Part shown: one piece after another, positions 17,447-28,124 of the stretch
How positions within the stretch are numbered: the stretch's first letter is position 1
How the letters are laid out: each line of letters begins with the position of its first letter
DNA from: Candidatus Eiseniibacteriota bacterium
Lineage (GTDB): Bacteria > Eisenbacteria > RBG-16-71-46 > CAIMUX01 > VGJL01
Direction of reading: 5' to 3'
Length of the DNA: 64,000 nt
NCBI GenBank assembly: GCA_963792585.1
Contig: CAWBWI010000001.1
Coordinates: 320,001 to 384,000 of the forward strand
Notes under the pieces: generated by a model
The model's database searches: none
Told to the model about the DNA's origin: nothing
What the model saw: only the letters and a program-made list of their open reading frames with translations
Translations under genes and position numbers: made by a program

Positions 17447-20400
17447 TTGGCCCGAGGATTCGACATCGTCCCACCGTCCGTCACGCGCGTCCTTCTCGTG
17501 GACGACGCGCCCGAATACGTGCGCCTCATCCGCGCGATCCTCTCCCGAGCGCGCTCCATGCGATTCGATGTCGTCTCGACCGGGGACCCCGACGACGCGA
17601 TCCGCAGGATCCGGACGGAGAACTTCGATGCCATCCTGCTCGACTATCGGCTGCCCGGCAGGAACGGACTCGATATCCTCAAGACCATCAACCGCGATCG
17701 CCGTCGTCCGGTCATCATCCTCACCGGCCAAGGGGACGAGAAGATCGCGGTCGAGTTCTTCCATGCGGGCGCATACGACTACATCCAGAAGACGGAAGGT
17801 CGCAGCCTCTCCGAGACGCTCCTTCGCGCTCTGCGCGACCTGCTCAGGCGCCGGGCGATGGAAGAGGAACTCGCCCGCGAGCGGGAGCGCGCGACCGCGG
17901 TCCTGGAGTCCCAGCCGACGATGGTCTGCTGTCTGGACGGGGAGCTGCGGATCCGCGAGACGAATCGTCCTTTTCGCAGGTTCTTTCAAGCGTGGCGCCA
18001 CCCCGAGCGGGGGGATGGCGAACCCGAGGATCCGGCGGGGGTCGTGCTGCCGGAGCAGATCGACGATCCCGCGCTTCGTGACCGGATGATCGAGAGCCTG
18101 CGCGCGGTTCTCGATCGCTCACAGCCGTACCAGGACGAAGTCGAGATCACCGCCGGCGGCGTGCCCTGCGTCTTCTGGCTTCTCGCGGCCCCGCTGCGCG
18201 TAGGGGAGGCGACGGCGGGGATCGTTCTCTCCTACACCGACCTCACCGAGCAACGTTTGGCAACCCGGCTCCAGTTGCGTCTCGCGCGCGCCGTCGACTC
18301 GAGCATGGACGGTGTCGTGATCACCGACGCGCGGGGACGCATCGAGTATTTCAACCCCGCATTCGCCCGGATGACCGGCTACCGTCCCGAGGATCTTCAC
18401 TCGCGGCGCACCCGGCTGCCCCAGATCTCCGCGAACAGCAAGGACCTCGGGCTCTCCGTTCGCGAGAAGCTCGCAAGCGGCGAGGACTGGCAAGGCGAGG
18501 TCGTGAACCGCCGCAAGGACGGATCCCTGTACTTCGCGGACATGACGATCTCGCCGATCCGCGACGACGCGGGCCAGCAGGTCGGCTTCGTATCGACCGA
18601 GCGCGACGTGACGGAGCGCAAGGTCTTCACCGACGAGTTGATCAAAGCCCGGGAAGCCGCCGAGGAGAGCCTGCGGGCGAAGGACATGTTCCTCGCGACC
18701 GTCTCGCACGAGCTGCGGACCCCGCTGACGAGCATCATCGGTTTCGCCGATCTTCTCCTCCTCGACTCCGGACTGCCAGGCCATTGCCATGGTTTCGCCG
18801 AGAGCATCATGCGGGGTGGGCGACACCTGAAGCGCCTGATCGACAACATCCTCGATCTGTCGCGCTTCACCGGGGGGAGATTCTACCTCGACCTGGAGCC
18901 GTTGAGTCTGCGGTCGGTCCTCGACGAGGCCCTCGAGATGGTCCGGGCCGAGGCGGAGGCGAAGGGGATCGTCTGCGACCTCGAGATCGATCCCCGGCTG
19001 CCCGGCACCGCCGTGATCGACCGGATGAAGCTGCAACAGGTGCTCCTGAACCTGCTCTCGAACGCGGTGAAGTACTCGGGAGGGGGTCGGGTGTGCCTCA
19101 GCGCCGGCCCGCTCTTCACTGCGGAAAGCGCGTCCGCGGGAGAGAAGCCGCGGATGATGCTCTTCAGCGTGAGTGACCAGGGACCCGGGATCCCTGCCGA
19201 CCAGCAGCGGCGCATCTTCGAGGAGTTCGTGCAACTCGACAACGGCGCGCAGCAACGTCGAAGCGGAACGGGTCTGGGTCTCTCGATCTCGCAGCGCCTG
19301 GTCCGGCTCATGGGCGGGACGATCTGGGTGGAATCAGAACCGGTCGGAGGCGCGCGCTTCTCGTTCACCCTCCCCCTCACGACCCCCGAGGGCGCCGCGC
19401 CCGCGCACGTCGCCGGCGAGGGGCGCGCAGAAGGACCGTGCCTGCTCCTCCACCGGATCCATCCGGGGCTGATCCCCGGCGAAGTGGAGCTGGGGGGTTG
19501 GGGATACCGGCTCGCGATCACCACGACGGGCGAAGAACTCCAACGGGCCGCCGGGGCCGATGATCCCTTCGCCTGTGTGGTCTCCACCGGCGTCGAGATC
19601 GCGTCGAGCCTGGTGCAGATCGCGGAGGCTTCGGCGATCGCCGCCGATCGGGTGGCCTGGTTCCTCATCGGCCGAACGGCGGACGGCGACGCGATGGCGC
19701 TCGCGCGCGTGGTGCCGCTCGGAGACACCCCCGGGCCACGCGCCGTCTCGCGCCTGATGCGAGCCTTCGGGAGCTTGCCGGCCGGCAATCGCCGCTTCAT
19801 CGTCGACCCGCAGGATACCGAGACCTCCACGTGGGTTCGCGGGTCGGTCGGCGAGAGCGGGATCTCGGTCCAGGCGTTCGGCCCCAACGGGCGCCCGCCC
19901 GAAATCGACGAAGACGACGGCGTCGTGCTGGTGCTCGATCTCTCGCGCTCCGCGCTCCGCGCATTCGAACTCTGGCGGACGATGGCCGATCGCGTCCCAC
20001 GCCTGCTCGTCGCGCTGCGCTATCCCAGGTCCCATAGCCGAAGCTGGATCGAACGGGTCGATTCCTCGTGGGCGACGGTCGCCGAGTCGTTCGCCGCCCG
20101 CTCGGCACAGCGCCTTCGCTGGATGCTCAACGCGATTCACACCTGCGCGTCTCAGGGACGGGCGAGCGGGGCCGGCGCGCTCTCCGATGGCCTGACGGTC
20201 GGGACGGATCTGTCCGGGCCGCTTCCGCGTCCTTCGGGCCCGATCCTCGTGGTCGAGGACGACGTGGAGAATCGCTCCCTCATCTGCCGGATGCTCGCCT
20301 CGTTCGACCTCCCATCGCGGGCAGCCGGTGACGGCGCCGAAGCATTGAAGATCGCGGCGGTGGAGCACCCGTCGATGGTCCTGATGGACCTGCAGATGCC

Positions 20401-20665
20401 CGACATGGATGGATGCGAGGTGACGCGGGCATTCCATCGGGTCAGCGGGAGCGACCACCTCCCAGTCGTGGCCATGACGGCACACGTTGGTCCGGAGGAC
20501 CGCAGACGGTGTCACGAGGCGGGTTGCATCGATTTCCTCCCCAAACCGATCGAACGGGGAGACCTGCTTCGCGTGTTGCACCGGTGGCTCGGGCCCGCGG
20601 GTCCGCATCCGATCGAAGAACACACGCCCGTCGTGCCCGGCGAGGATATTCCGCTATCTCGTTGA
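17447..20665 (+). CDS. Cytoplasmic hybrid histidine kinase (REC-PAS-PAS-HisKA-HATPase-degenerate linker-REC)
   Basis: N-terminal REC (LLDYRLPG), PAS/PAC (NRRKDGS), FLATVSHELRTPL, NLLSNAVKY, GTGLGL, C-terminal REC (LMDLQMPDMDG). Confidence 0.9.
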   Translation: MARGFDIVPPSVTRVLLVDDAPEYVRLIRAILSRARSMRFDVVSTGDPDDAIRRIRTENFDAILLDYRLPGRNGLDILKTINRDRRRPVIILTGQGDEKIAVEFFHAGAYDYIQKTEGRSLSETLLRALRDLLRRRAMEEELARERERATAVLESQPTMVCCLDGELRIRETNRPFRRFFQAWRHPERGDGEPEDPAGVVLPEQIDDPALRDRMIESLRAVLDRSQPYQDEVEITAGGVPCVFWLLAAPLRVGEATAGIVLSYTDLTEQRLATRLQLRLARAVDSSMDGVVITDARGRIEYFNPAFARMTGYRPEDLHSRRTRLPQISANSKDLGLSVREKLASGEDWQGEVVNRRKDGSLYFADMTISPIRDDAGQQVGFVSTERDVTERKVFTDELIKAREAAEESLRAKDMFLATVSHELRTPLTSIIGFADLLLLDSGLPGHCHGFAESIMRGGRHLKRLIDNILDLSRFTGGRFYLDLEPLSLRSVLDEALEMVRAEAEAKGIVCDLEIDPRLPGTAVIDRMKLQQVLLNLLSNAVKYSGGGRVCLSAGPLFTAESASAGEKPRMMLFSVSDQGPGIPADQQRRIFEEFVQLDNGAQQRRSGTGLGLSISQRLVRLMGGTIWVESEPVGGARFSFTLPLTTPEGAAPAHVAGEGRAEGPCLLLHRIHPGLIPGEVELGGWGYRLAITTTGEELQRAAGADDPFACVVSTGVEIASSLVQIAEASAIAADRVAWFLIGRTADGDAMALARVVPLGDTPGPRAVSRLMRAFGSLPAGNRRFIVDPQDTETSTWVRGSVGESGISVQAFGPNGRPPEIDEDDGVVLVLDLSRSALRAFELWRTMADRVPRLLVALRYPRSHSRSWIERVDSSWATVAESFAARSAQRLRWMLNAIHTCASQGRASGAGALSDGLTVGTDLSGPLPRPSGPILVVEDDVENRSLICRMLASFDLPSRAAGDGAEALKIAAVEHPSMVLMDLQMPDMDGCEVTRAFHRVSGSDHLPVVAMTAHVGPEDRRRCHEAGCIDFLPKPIERGDLLRVLHRWLGPAGPHPIEEHTPVVPGEDIPLSR

Positions 20666-20691
20666 CAGCCTCCGCGCGCCCTTCCTAACAT
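20662..20691 (+). promoter_or_regulatory. Sigma70-type promoter upstream of the pepA operon
   Basis: TTGACA-N18-TAACAT. Confidence 0.6.
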
Positions 20692-20819
20692 GGAGTTTGT
20701 TATTCCCGCATTCGTAGCTGGTTACGTCGTTCCGTGCTCGGCGGCGCGTTCCGTCCGCCGTGCGCTTCGGGGGTTCATCGGGTCCACTCGACCTGGGGGC
20801 GTCCGATGGAGGTGAGGGG

Positions 20820-22346
20820 ATGTCGCACGAATCGATCCGCGATCTCGCGTTGACGGTGGGGAATCCGTCGACGTTCGAGGCGGACGTCACGGTCGTCGGT
20901 TTCTACGAGGGAAGCGGTCTGGAGGGCTCGGCCGCCGAACTCGACGGCGCCTCGGGTGGAATGCTCAAGCGCGCGATGGAGAGCGGGGATTTCAAAGGAG
21001 AACTGAACGAAGCTCTCCTGCTCTATACGCTTCAGGGGCCGGCGCCGAGGATCCTGCTGGTCGGCCTCGGCAAGCGGGATGAGCTGACGGCGGAGCGAAT
21101 CCGCTGCGCGGCCGCGACCGCAGCGCGCCGTTGCCGCGACATCGGGGCCAAGAAGGCGGCGGCCGCGCTTTACGGTAAGGGCTCGCCGCTGCCCGCCGAC
21201 GACGCGGCGCAGGCCTTCGCCGAGGGAGCGCGTGCTCGGCACCTACCAGTATCGTCGAGTACCGCACGAAGGACCGAGAGAAGGTCAAGGTACTCGAGCG
21301 GCTCGATGTCCTCGTGCCCGACGACAAGATCCGCGCGGCCGCGGAAGCGGCCTTCTACCGGGGCAGCAAGCTCGGCGCCGCCGTGAACTACGTCCGCACG
21401 ATCTCGAATCATCCGGGCAATCACGCGACCCCTAGTTTCCTCGCAGCCGAGGCGGAGCGAATCGCCCGCGAGTCAAACGGCTGCGCTGCACGATCTTCGA
21501 GCGTGCAGAAGATGGAAGAGCTGGGCATGGGGGCCCTGCTCGGCGTCGCGAAAGGTTCTCACGAGCCGCCACGCTTCATCCTCCTCGAATACGACTGCGG
21601 GGACCCGAAGGCTCCGACGGTCGCGATCGTCGGCAAGGGGCTGACCTTCGATGCGGGCGGAATCTCGATCAAGCCGTCCGCCAAGATGGAGGAGATGAAG
21701 TACGACATGTGCGGCGGCGCCGCCGTGCTCGGGATCATGTCGGTCCTGCGCGGACGCGGGGGTTCGCGTCAACGTGATCGGCGCGGTTCCCTCGACCGAG
21801 AACCTCCCGGGAGGAGGCGCATACAAGCCGGGCGACATCCTGCGCAGCTATCTCGGGCAAGACGATCGAGGTGCAGAACTGCGACGCCGAGGGGCGGCTG
21901 ATCCTCGCCGACGCTCTCTCCTACGTGGCGCGAGACCACAAGCCGGCCGCGATCGTCGACATGGCGACCCTGACCGGGGCGGTCGTGATCGCCCTCGGTC
22001 ACTACGGCGCCGGCCTGCTGTCGAACGACGACGCGCTCGCGTCGAAGCTCGAGGAATCGAGCAAGCGCGACCGGCGAGCGCGTCTGGCGCCTCCCGATCT
22101 GGGAGGAGATCGACGATCATCTGAAGAGCGACTATCGCCGACCTCAAGAACATCGCCGACGGCGGCGCCGGGGCCGGCACGATCGCGGGGGCCGCCTTCC
22201 TCGGCAACTTCGTCGACGGCGTTCCGTGGGCCCACATCGACATCGCCGGGACCGCCTGGTGGGAGAAGGATCGCCCCCACCTGCCGAAGGGGCCGAGCGG
22301 GTTCGGGGTGCGTCTGATCGTCGAGATGCTTCGGGCCTGGGACTAG
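20820..22346 (+). CDS. pepA: Leucyl aminopeptidase (M17), several indels
   Basis: Pieces in different frames: [68 protein letters not shown]; stop TAG at 22346. Confidence 0.9.
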
Positions 22347-22362
22347 AGTAGGGAGGATGGGG

Positions 22363-23296
22363 ATGAGCCATCATCGACTGGTGATCCTGGGAACCGGGCC
22401 CGCCGGTCTGACGGCGGCGCTCTATGCGGCGCGCGCGAATCTCGAGCCGCTCGTCGTCGACGGCACGCAGCCGGGCGGGCAGCTCACGATCACGACCGAG
22501 GTCGAGAACTACCCGGGTTTCCCGAAGGGGATCACGGGCCCCGAGCTGATGAACCACTTCCGGGAGCAGGCCGAGCGATTCGGCGCGCAGGTCATCTGCC
22601 GGGAACGTGTCGAGGGCCGACCTGAGCGAGACGCCCATTCGCCTCGCATCGAGGACGGGACGAGTCACGTGCGACGCGCTGGTCATCGCGACCGGAGCGA
22701 CCGCGCGCGTGGCTGGGGATCCCTTCCGAGAAGGCGCTGAGGGGCGCGGCGTCAGCGCGTGCGCCACCTGCGACGGTTTCTTCTTCAAGGGGAAGGAGAT
22801 CGCCGTGATCGGCGGCGGCGACACCGCCATGGAAGAGGCGACCTTTCTCACGAAGTTCGCATCGAAGGTGACGGTCATCCACCGGCGCGACAGTCTCCGC
22901 GGCCTCCAAGGCGATGGAGGAGCGGGCGCGCGCGAACGAGAAGATCGACTTCCGCTGGAACGCGGTCGTGACCGAGGTGCTCGACCCGGGGCAGAAGAAG
23001 GTCACCGGCGTGCGCCTCAAGGACACCGATCACCGGAGGGGAAGACACCCTCGCGGTGCGAGGGGCTCTTCCTCGCCATCGGCCACGTTCCGAACACCGT
23101 GCCGTTCGTGGGGCAACTCGACATGGATGAGAACGGCTACCTGGTCACGGTTCCCGGGACCTCGAAGACGAACCTACCGGGGGTCTTCGCGGCGGGAGAT
23201 GTCCAGGACCACGTCTATCGTCAGGCGATCACGGCAGCAGGAACGGGTTGCATGGCAGCCCTCGACGCGGAACGGTACCTGTCCGGAGGGCATTGA
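22363..23296 (+). CDS. trxB: Thioredoxin reductase, several indels
   Basis: [64 protein letters not shown]. Confidence 0.92.
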
Positions 23297-23832
23297 TGCC
23301 GATTGAGGTCGGGGAACGGGCTTCCGCGTTTCGGCTCCGGGGGATCGACAACGAATTCTGGATCCTCGGCGAACCCGACCGCCGCCGCTGCGTTCTCCTC
23401 GCCTTCGTCCGAAGGGATGTCTCGGCCTGCCGGACGCTGCTCTCCTTCGTCGAACGCCTGAACCGCCGCGCCCGCACGCAGGAGTCCGAGATCCTGGGCA
23501 TCTCGCTGGACGACCACCGCGACACACTGGAGTTCGCGACGGACTACGCATTCACCTTCCCGATGGTGGTGGAGGAGCCGGATCGCGCGACCTTCGGGCG
23601 CTATCGCGTCAGCGAGGTGCCGACACTCTTCCTGCTCGGCCCCGACCTCGTGGTTCGCGACCACTTCGTCGGGTGGTCGAAGGACTCCTTCGAGCGAATC
23701 GCCAAGGTGTTTATCGAAGAATCGGGCGCTCATCCACGCTCCGTCTGGGAGCCGAGCGATGCGCCGCCGGAGATCACGGCCGCCGTCGCCATCGGCGGCC
23801 AGCGGGGTGGGGCGGGGGCCCGCACGGCATGA
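23296..23832 (+). CDS. Redoxin/AhpC-TSA-like thioredoxin-fold protein (VSAC in place of CxxC)
   Basis: [38 protein letters not shown] coupling to trxB. Confidence 0.75.
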   Translation: MPIEVGERASAFRLRGIDNEFWILGEPDRRRCVLLAFVRRDVSACRTLLSFVERLNRRARTQESEILGISLDDHRDTLEFATDYAFTFPMVVEEPDRATFGRYRVSEVPTLFLLGPDLVVRDHFVGWSKDSFERIAKVFIEESGAHPRSVWEPSDAPPEITAAVAIGGQRGGAGARTA

Positions 23833-24455
23833 TGCCGCTATTTCCACTCGACGTCGCCCTTCTGCCGGGCGGGGAGCTGCTCCTTCACATCTTCGAGCCC
23901 CGCTACCGGAAGATGATCGCGCGCTGCATGCGTGAGCCGTGCAGCTTCGGCGTCGTCCACGCGCACGAGCAGAGCCTCGCGGAGATCGGTTGCGAGGCGG
24001 TCGTCGTCAAGGTCCTGCGCCGGTACCCTGACGGGCGCCTCGACATTCGGGTGCGCGGGATCGAGAGGGTCCGCATCGGCGCGACACGCGAGAGCGAGGA
24101 CGGATACCTCGAGGCGGAGACGGCGTCGATCGACGAAGGGCCGGAGGAGACCGACCACGCGATCGAGGACCGGCTCGACGAGCGCTACCGGGTCTACGCA
24201 TCGCTCACCGGCGACTTGTCGGCCGACCCTCCACCGCGGGGACCCCGGTGGAGCTTTAGCCTTGCGGAGCGCCTGCGTCTCAATGTTTCCGCGCGGCAGG
24301 AACTCCTCGAGATGATGAGCGAGAACGCCAGGCTCCGGAGGATCGAAGAGATGATCGTGGAGATGATCGCGGATCAGCAACGGCGTGGGCTGCTCCAGGG
24401 CGTGGTGCGCGGCAACGGCCGGCTTCACACGCATCCGCCGGGAGGGGATGCGTGA
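23829..24455 (+). CDS. Stand-alone LON peptidase substrate-binding (N-terminal) domain protein
   Basis: MPLFPLDVALLPG..LLLHIFEPRYRKMI, IGCEA, RQELLE. Confidence 0.88.
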   Translation: MMPLFPLDVALLPGGELLLHIFEPRYRKMIARCMREPCSFGVVHAHEQSLAEIGCEAVVVKVLRRYPDGRLDIRVRGIERVRIGATRESEDGYLEAETASIDEGPEETDHAIEDRLDERYRVYASLTGDLSADPPPRGPRWSFSLAERLRLNVSARQELLEMMSENARLRRIEEMIVEMIADQQRRGLLQGVVRGNGRLHTHPPGGDA

Positions 24456-26125
24456 GCGAGGTCGAACGCGATCAACTGGATGCCGACGTCCTGATCGTCG
24501 GAGGGGGGCCGGCGGGACTCGCGTGCGCGCTGCGCCTCGCGCAGCTGAAGGCCCAACCGGGATCGAAGCTCGCCGACGCCACCATCGTCCTCCTGGAGAA
24601 GGGATCGTACGTCGGCGCGCATGCGATCTCCGGCGCGATCCTCGATCCCCGGGCGTTCCGCGAGCTGATGGGCGATTTCCTCGCCGAAGGATGCCCGGTC
24701 GAGGCCCCCGTCGCTGCCGACGACCTCTACTTCCTATCCAAGCAGGGGCGCTTCCGTTTTCCGATCCTGCCGCCGATGCTCCGCAATCACGGCAACTACA
24801 TCGCGAGCCTCAACAAGGTCGTCAAGTGGATGGCCGCGAAGGTTGAGGCTGCCGGCATCGACGTCTTTCCCGGTTTCGCGGGCCAGGAGCTATTGATCGA
24901 GGACGGGCGCGTGTCGGGCGTGCGGTGCGGGGACCGGGGGGTCGACAAGGACGGCAATCCGAAGGGCAACTACGAGCCCGGCATCGACATCCGCGCGAAG
25001 GTGACGATCCTCGCGGAAGGTTCTCGAGGGAGCCTCACGAAGGCGCTCGTGCGCCGACAGAACCTCGACGAGGGGCGTAACCCGCAGATCTACGCGACCG
25101 GGGTCAAGGAAGTCTGGGAGGTCCCGGAGGGACGCCTGCCGGCCGGAGACGTCGTCCACACGATGGGCTGGCCGCTCGCTGCCGAGGAGTACGGCGGGGG
25201 ATTCCTGTACGGGATGGCTTCGAATCGCGTCTCGGCCGGCTTCGTCGTGGGGCTCGACTATCGCAATCCGTGGACCGATCCGCACGCACTCATGCAGGAA
25301 TGGAAAAGCCACCCGAGCGTGCGCGCCGTCATCGAGGGCGGGAAGCTCGTGACCTACGGGGCGAAGACGATTCCCGAGGGGGGTTTCTTTTCCATCCCGC
25401 AGATCGCGATCGACGGCTGCATGATCGTCGGGGACGCCGCCGGCTTCCTGAACGCGGCGCGGCTGAAGGGGATCCACCTCGGCATGAAGAGCGGGATGCT
25501 CGCCGCGGAGACGGCGGCGGAGGCGATCGATGCGGGCGACTCCTCGAAGGCCCTCCTCGGTCGCTACGAGGATCGGGTGCTTTCCTCCTGGGTCGGGGAC
25601 GAACTGCGGGGGGTCCGGAACTTCCGACAGGGGTTTTCCGGCGGGATCTGGAAAGGGATGCTGCACACGGGCCTCGTCCTCGCGACGGGGGGGCGGGGTC
25701 TGCGGGAGCGTTTGCCCACCCGGCCCGACCACGCGCACATGCTGCGGCTCGAGGAAATGCGTCACCTCGGCCGAAACGCGGCCCCCCCCGAGCGGCGCTT
25801 CGATGGGAATCTGACCTTCGACAAACTCACCGACGTGTACGATTCAGGAACCAGGCACGAGGAGAACCAACCGAGCCATCTGAAGATTGCGGACCTGGAT
25901 ATCTGCAATGGCCGGTGCCGGCAAGAATACGGGAACCCATGCCAGTATTTCTGTCCGGCGTCGGTGTATGAGATGGTCGCGACCGAGGACGGCGGGTCGT
26001 CGCGCCTGCAGGTGAACTTCACCAACTGCGTCCACTGCAAGACGTGCGACATCGCCGATCCGTACGAGATCATCACATGGGTACCGCCCGAGGGGGGAGG
26101 CGGGCCGGACTATATCGACCTGTAG
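24452..26125 (+). CDS. Electron transfer flavoprotein:quinone oxidoreductase
   Basis: IVGGGPAG, KGIHLGMKSG, CPASVYE, NCVHCKTCDIADP, WVPPEGGGGP. Confidence 0.93.
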   Translation: MSEVERDQLDADVLIVGGGPAGLACALRLAQLKAQPGSKLADATIVLLEKGSYVGAHAISGAILDPRAFRELMGDFLAEGCPVEAPVAADDLYFLSKQGRFRFPILPPMLRNHGNYIASLNKVVKWMAAKVEAAGIDVFPGFAGQELLIEDGRVSGVRCGDRGVDKDGNPKGNYEPGIDIRAKVTILAEGSRGSLTKALVRRQNLDEGRNPQIYATGVKEVWEVPEGRLPAGDVVHTMGWPLAAEEYGGGFLYGMASNRVSAGFVVGLDYRNPWTDPHALMQEWKSHPSVRAVIEGGKLVTYGAKTIPEGGFFSIPQIAIDGCMIVGDAAGFLNAARLKGIHLGMKSGMLAAETAAEAIDAGDSSKALLGRYEDRVLSSWVGDELRGVRNFRQGFSGGIWKGMLHTGLVLATGGRGLRERLPTRPDHAHMLRLEEMRHLGRNAAPPERRFDGNLTFDKLTDVYDSGTRHEENQPSHLKIADLDICNGRCRQEYGNPCQYFCPASVYEMVATEDGGSSRLQVNFTNCVHCKTCDIADPYEIITWVPPEGGGGPDYIDL

Positions 26126-26149
26126 CCCGCCCCAAAGGAGAGAAGAACG

Positions 26150-26674
26150 ATGGCCCTGCTCCCGATCCGCCTGTACGGAGACCCGGTCCTCCGGAAGAAG
26201 AGCAAGCCGATCGAGCAGATCGACGGCGAGATCCTGAGTCTCGCGCTCGACATGATCGAGACGATGCATGAGGCCGACGGGATCGGCCTCGCCGCCGTCC
26301 AGGTCGGCCGGCCCATCCGGATGCTCGTCGCCGATGTCGGCGATCGGGCCCCGAAGGGCGTCTCCAAGATCTACATCAATCCGGTCATCGTCGAGACGGC
26401 TGGGGAATCGGTCTACGACGAGGGGTGCCTGAGCGTGCCCGGGATCAATGCGGAGATCACCCGGCCCGAGGAGATCTCCATCCGTTTCTACGATGGGAAG
26501 GGGAAGGTCCGGGAGGGATGGATCGACGGGTTGCTCGCCCGCGTGCTCCAGCACGAGATCGATCACCTGGACGGCAAGCTGTTCGTGGACTACCTGAGCC
26601 CGGTTCGCCGCGCCCTGATCATGCGAAAACTCAAGGAGTTGCAGAAAGAATCGGGCCGAGCCCCCGCGATGTGA
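26150..26674 (+). CDS. def: Peptide deformylase
   Basis: GIGLAAVQ, EGCLSVP, QHEIDHLDG. Confidence 0.97.
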   Translation: MALLPIRLYGDPVLRKKSKPIEQIDGEILSLALDMIETMHEADGIGLAAVQVGRPIRMLVADVGDRAPKGVSKIYINPVIVETAGESVYDEGCLSVPGINAEITRPEEISIRFYDGKGKVREGWIDGLLARVLQHEIDHLDGKLFVDYLSPVRRALIMRKLKELQKESGRAPAM

Positions 26675-26758
26675 TCTCGTCCGGGGTGACCTAAGTCATA
26701 GCGACGATTCCCGCCCCGTGGCATCCTCCGCCCCGTGATCCACCATAAGGAGGGGATG

Positions 26759-28009
26759 ATGTCACGAACGCTGTACACGCTTGCAATCTTATCGATCTTC
26801 GCAAGCGGGCCGGCCGCAACGGCTTCCGCGAGCAGCTGCATCGAATGTCACAAGTCGGTAACCCCTGGAGCCGTATCGGATTGGCAGCTCAGCAAGCACG
26901 CCGAGAACGGCATCGACTGCTCCGCCTGCCACGGCGAGGGGCATCAGAGCGCGGCCGACGTGTCGAAGGCAAAGGTCCCGACACCCGAGACGTGCGGGAC
27001 CTGCCATGAGGAGCGGGTTCGCCAGTACCTCTCCGGCAAGCACGCAGCCGCTTGGGCGGCGATGAAGGCGATGCCGACCATCCACTACCAACCGATGGCG
27101 ATGATCGAGGGGATGAAGGGTTGCGGCGGCTGCCACAAGATCGGCGTCAAGACACCCGAGGAGATCCAGGGGCTCGCGGCCGAGGGCGGGCACGCCTTCG
27201 GCATCGCTTCCTGCGACGCCTGCCACACCCGTCACACCTTCTCTGTCGTGGAGGCGCGTCAGCCGCAGGCATGTCAGACCTGCCACATGGGTTTCGATCA
27301 CCCGCAGTGGGAGATGTACTCGGCCTCGAAGCACGGGGTCCGGGCGCTCCTGAAGCAGAACGGGACTCTTCCCCAGACGGCGGCCGGTCCGACCTGCCAA
27401 ACCTGCCATATGCCGGACGGGGACCACGGCGTGATGACGGCATGGGGCTTCCTCGCCGTACGCCTTCCGATGCCGGAGGACCCGCAGTGGGCGGCCGACC
27501 GCGCGACGATCTTGCAAGGACTCGGCGTGCTCGATCCCCAGGGAAACCCGACCGCGCGCCTGGACGTCGTGAAGGCCGCCTCCGTCGCGCGGCTCACCGA
27601 GGAGGAGTGGCAGGCGCAGCGGACCAAGATGTTGAAGGTCTGCGGCGACTGTCATTCCGAGAACTTCGCGAAGGGGGAGTTGGCGAAGGGCGATGCGATG
27701 ATCCGCGAAGTCGACCACCTGATGGCGCAGGGGATCCGCGAGGTGGCCGGCCTCTACAAGGACGGCCTGATCGCGAAGCCGGCGGGGGCCGCGGCCGCGT
27801 TCCCGGACCTGCTCACCTTCCACGACGCGGCCACCCCGATCGAGCAGCGGCTCTTCCTCATGTTCCTAGAGCACCGGATGCGCGCGTTCCAGGGAACCTT
27901 CCACGCGAATCCCGACTATGCGCTCTGGTATGGGTGGAGCGAGATGGTCCAGGACCTGACGGAGATCAAGGCAAAAGCGGCCGAGATGCGGGAGCGGGCG
28001 CACCGGTAG
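26759..28009 (+). CDS. Periplasmic octaheme c-type cytochrome, hydroxylamine oxidoreductase (HAO) family
   Basis: Signal peptide; 8 CxxCH motifs; CHTRHTFS, CHMGFDHPQWEMY and FHANPDY..W.GW motifs. Confidence 0.85.
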   Translation: MSRTLYTLAILSIFASGPAATASASSCIECHKSVTPGAVSDWQLSKHAENGIDCSACHGEGHQSAADVSKAKVPTPETCGTCHEERVRQYLSGKHAAAWAAMKAMPTIHYQPMAMIEGMKGCGGCHKIGVKTPEEIQGLAAEGGHAFGIASCDACHTRHTFSVVEARQPQACQTCHMGFDHPQWEMYSASKHGVRALLKQNGTLPQTAAGPTCQTCHMPDGDHGVMTAWGFLAVRLPMPEDPQWAADRATILQGLGVLDPQGNPTARLDVVKAASVARLTEEEWQAQRTKMLKVCGDCHSENFAKGELAKGDAMIREVDHLMAQGIREVAGLYKDGLIAKPAGAAAAFPDLLTFHDAATPIEQRLFLMFLEHRMRAFQGTFHANPDYALWYGWSEMVQDLTEIKAKAAEMRERAHR

Positions 28010-28031
28010 GCGCCGGGCGGGTTCGACGCAC

Positions 28032-28064
28032 GAAACGGGAGGGCGCGCCACGCCCCCCCGTTTC
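28032..28064. terminator. Stem-loop between convergent genes
   Basis: GAAACGGGAGGGCG-CGCCA-CGCCCCCCCGTTTC inverted repeat. Confidence 0.6.
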
Positions 28065-28124
28065 CATGCTCGGCCCGATCCCTGACCGGGCCGCGTCTGT
28101 CCGCTGCGATGCGGACCGCCTACC

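Noticed and set aside
20820..23296. pepA and trxB (and rpoD, queG) as pseudogenes or programmed frameshifts
   Set aside because: Motifs are intact across the frame breaks and no consistent slippery site is visible; multiple indels in core genes point to sequence error.
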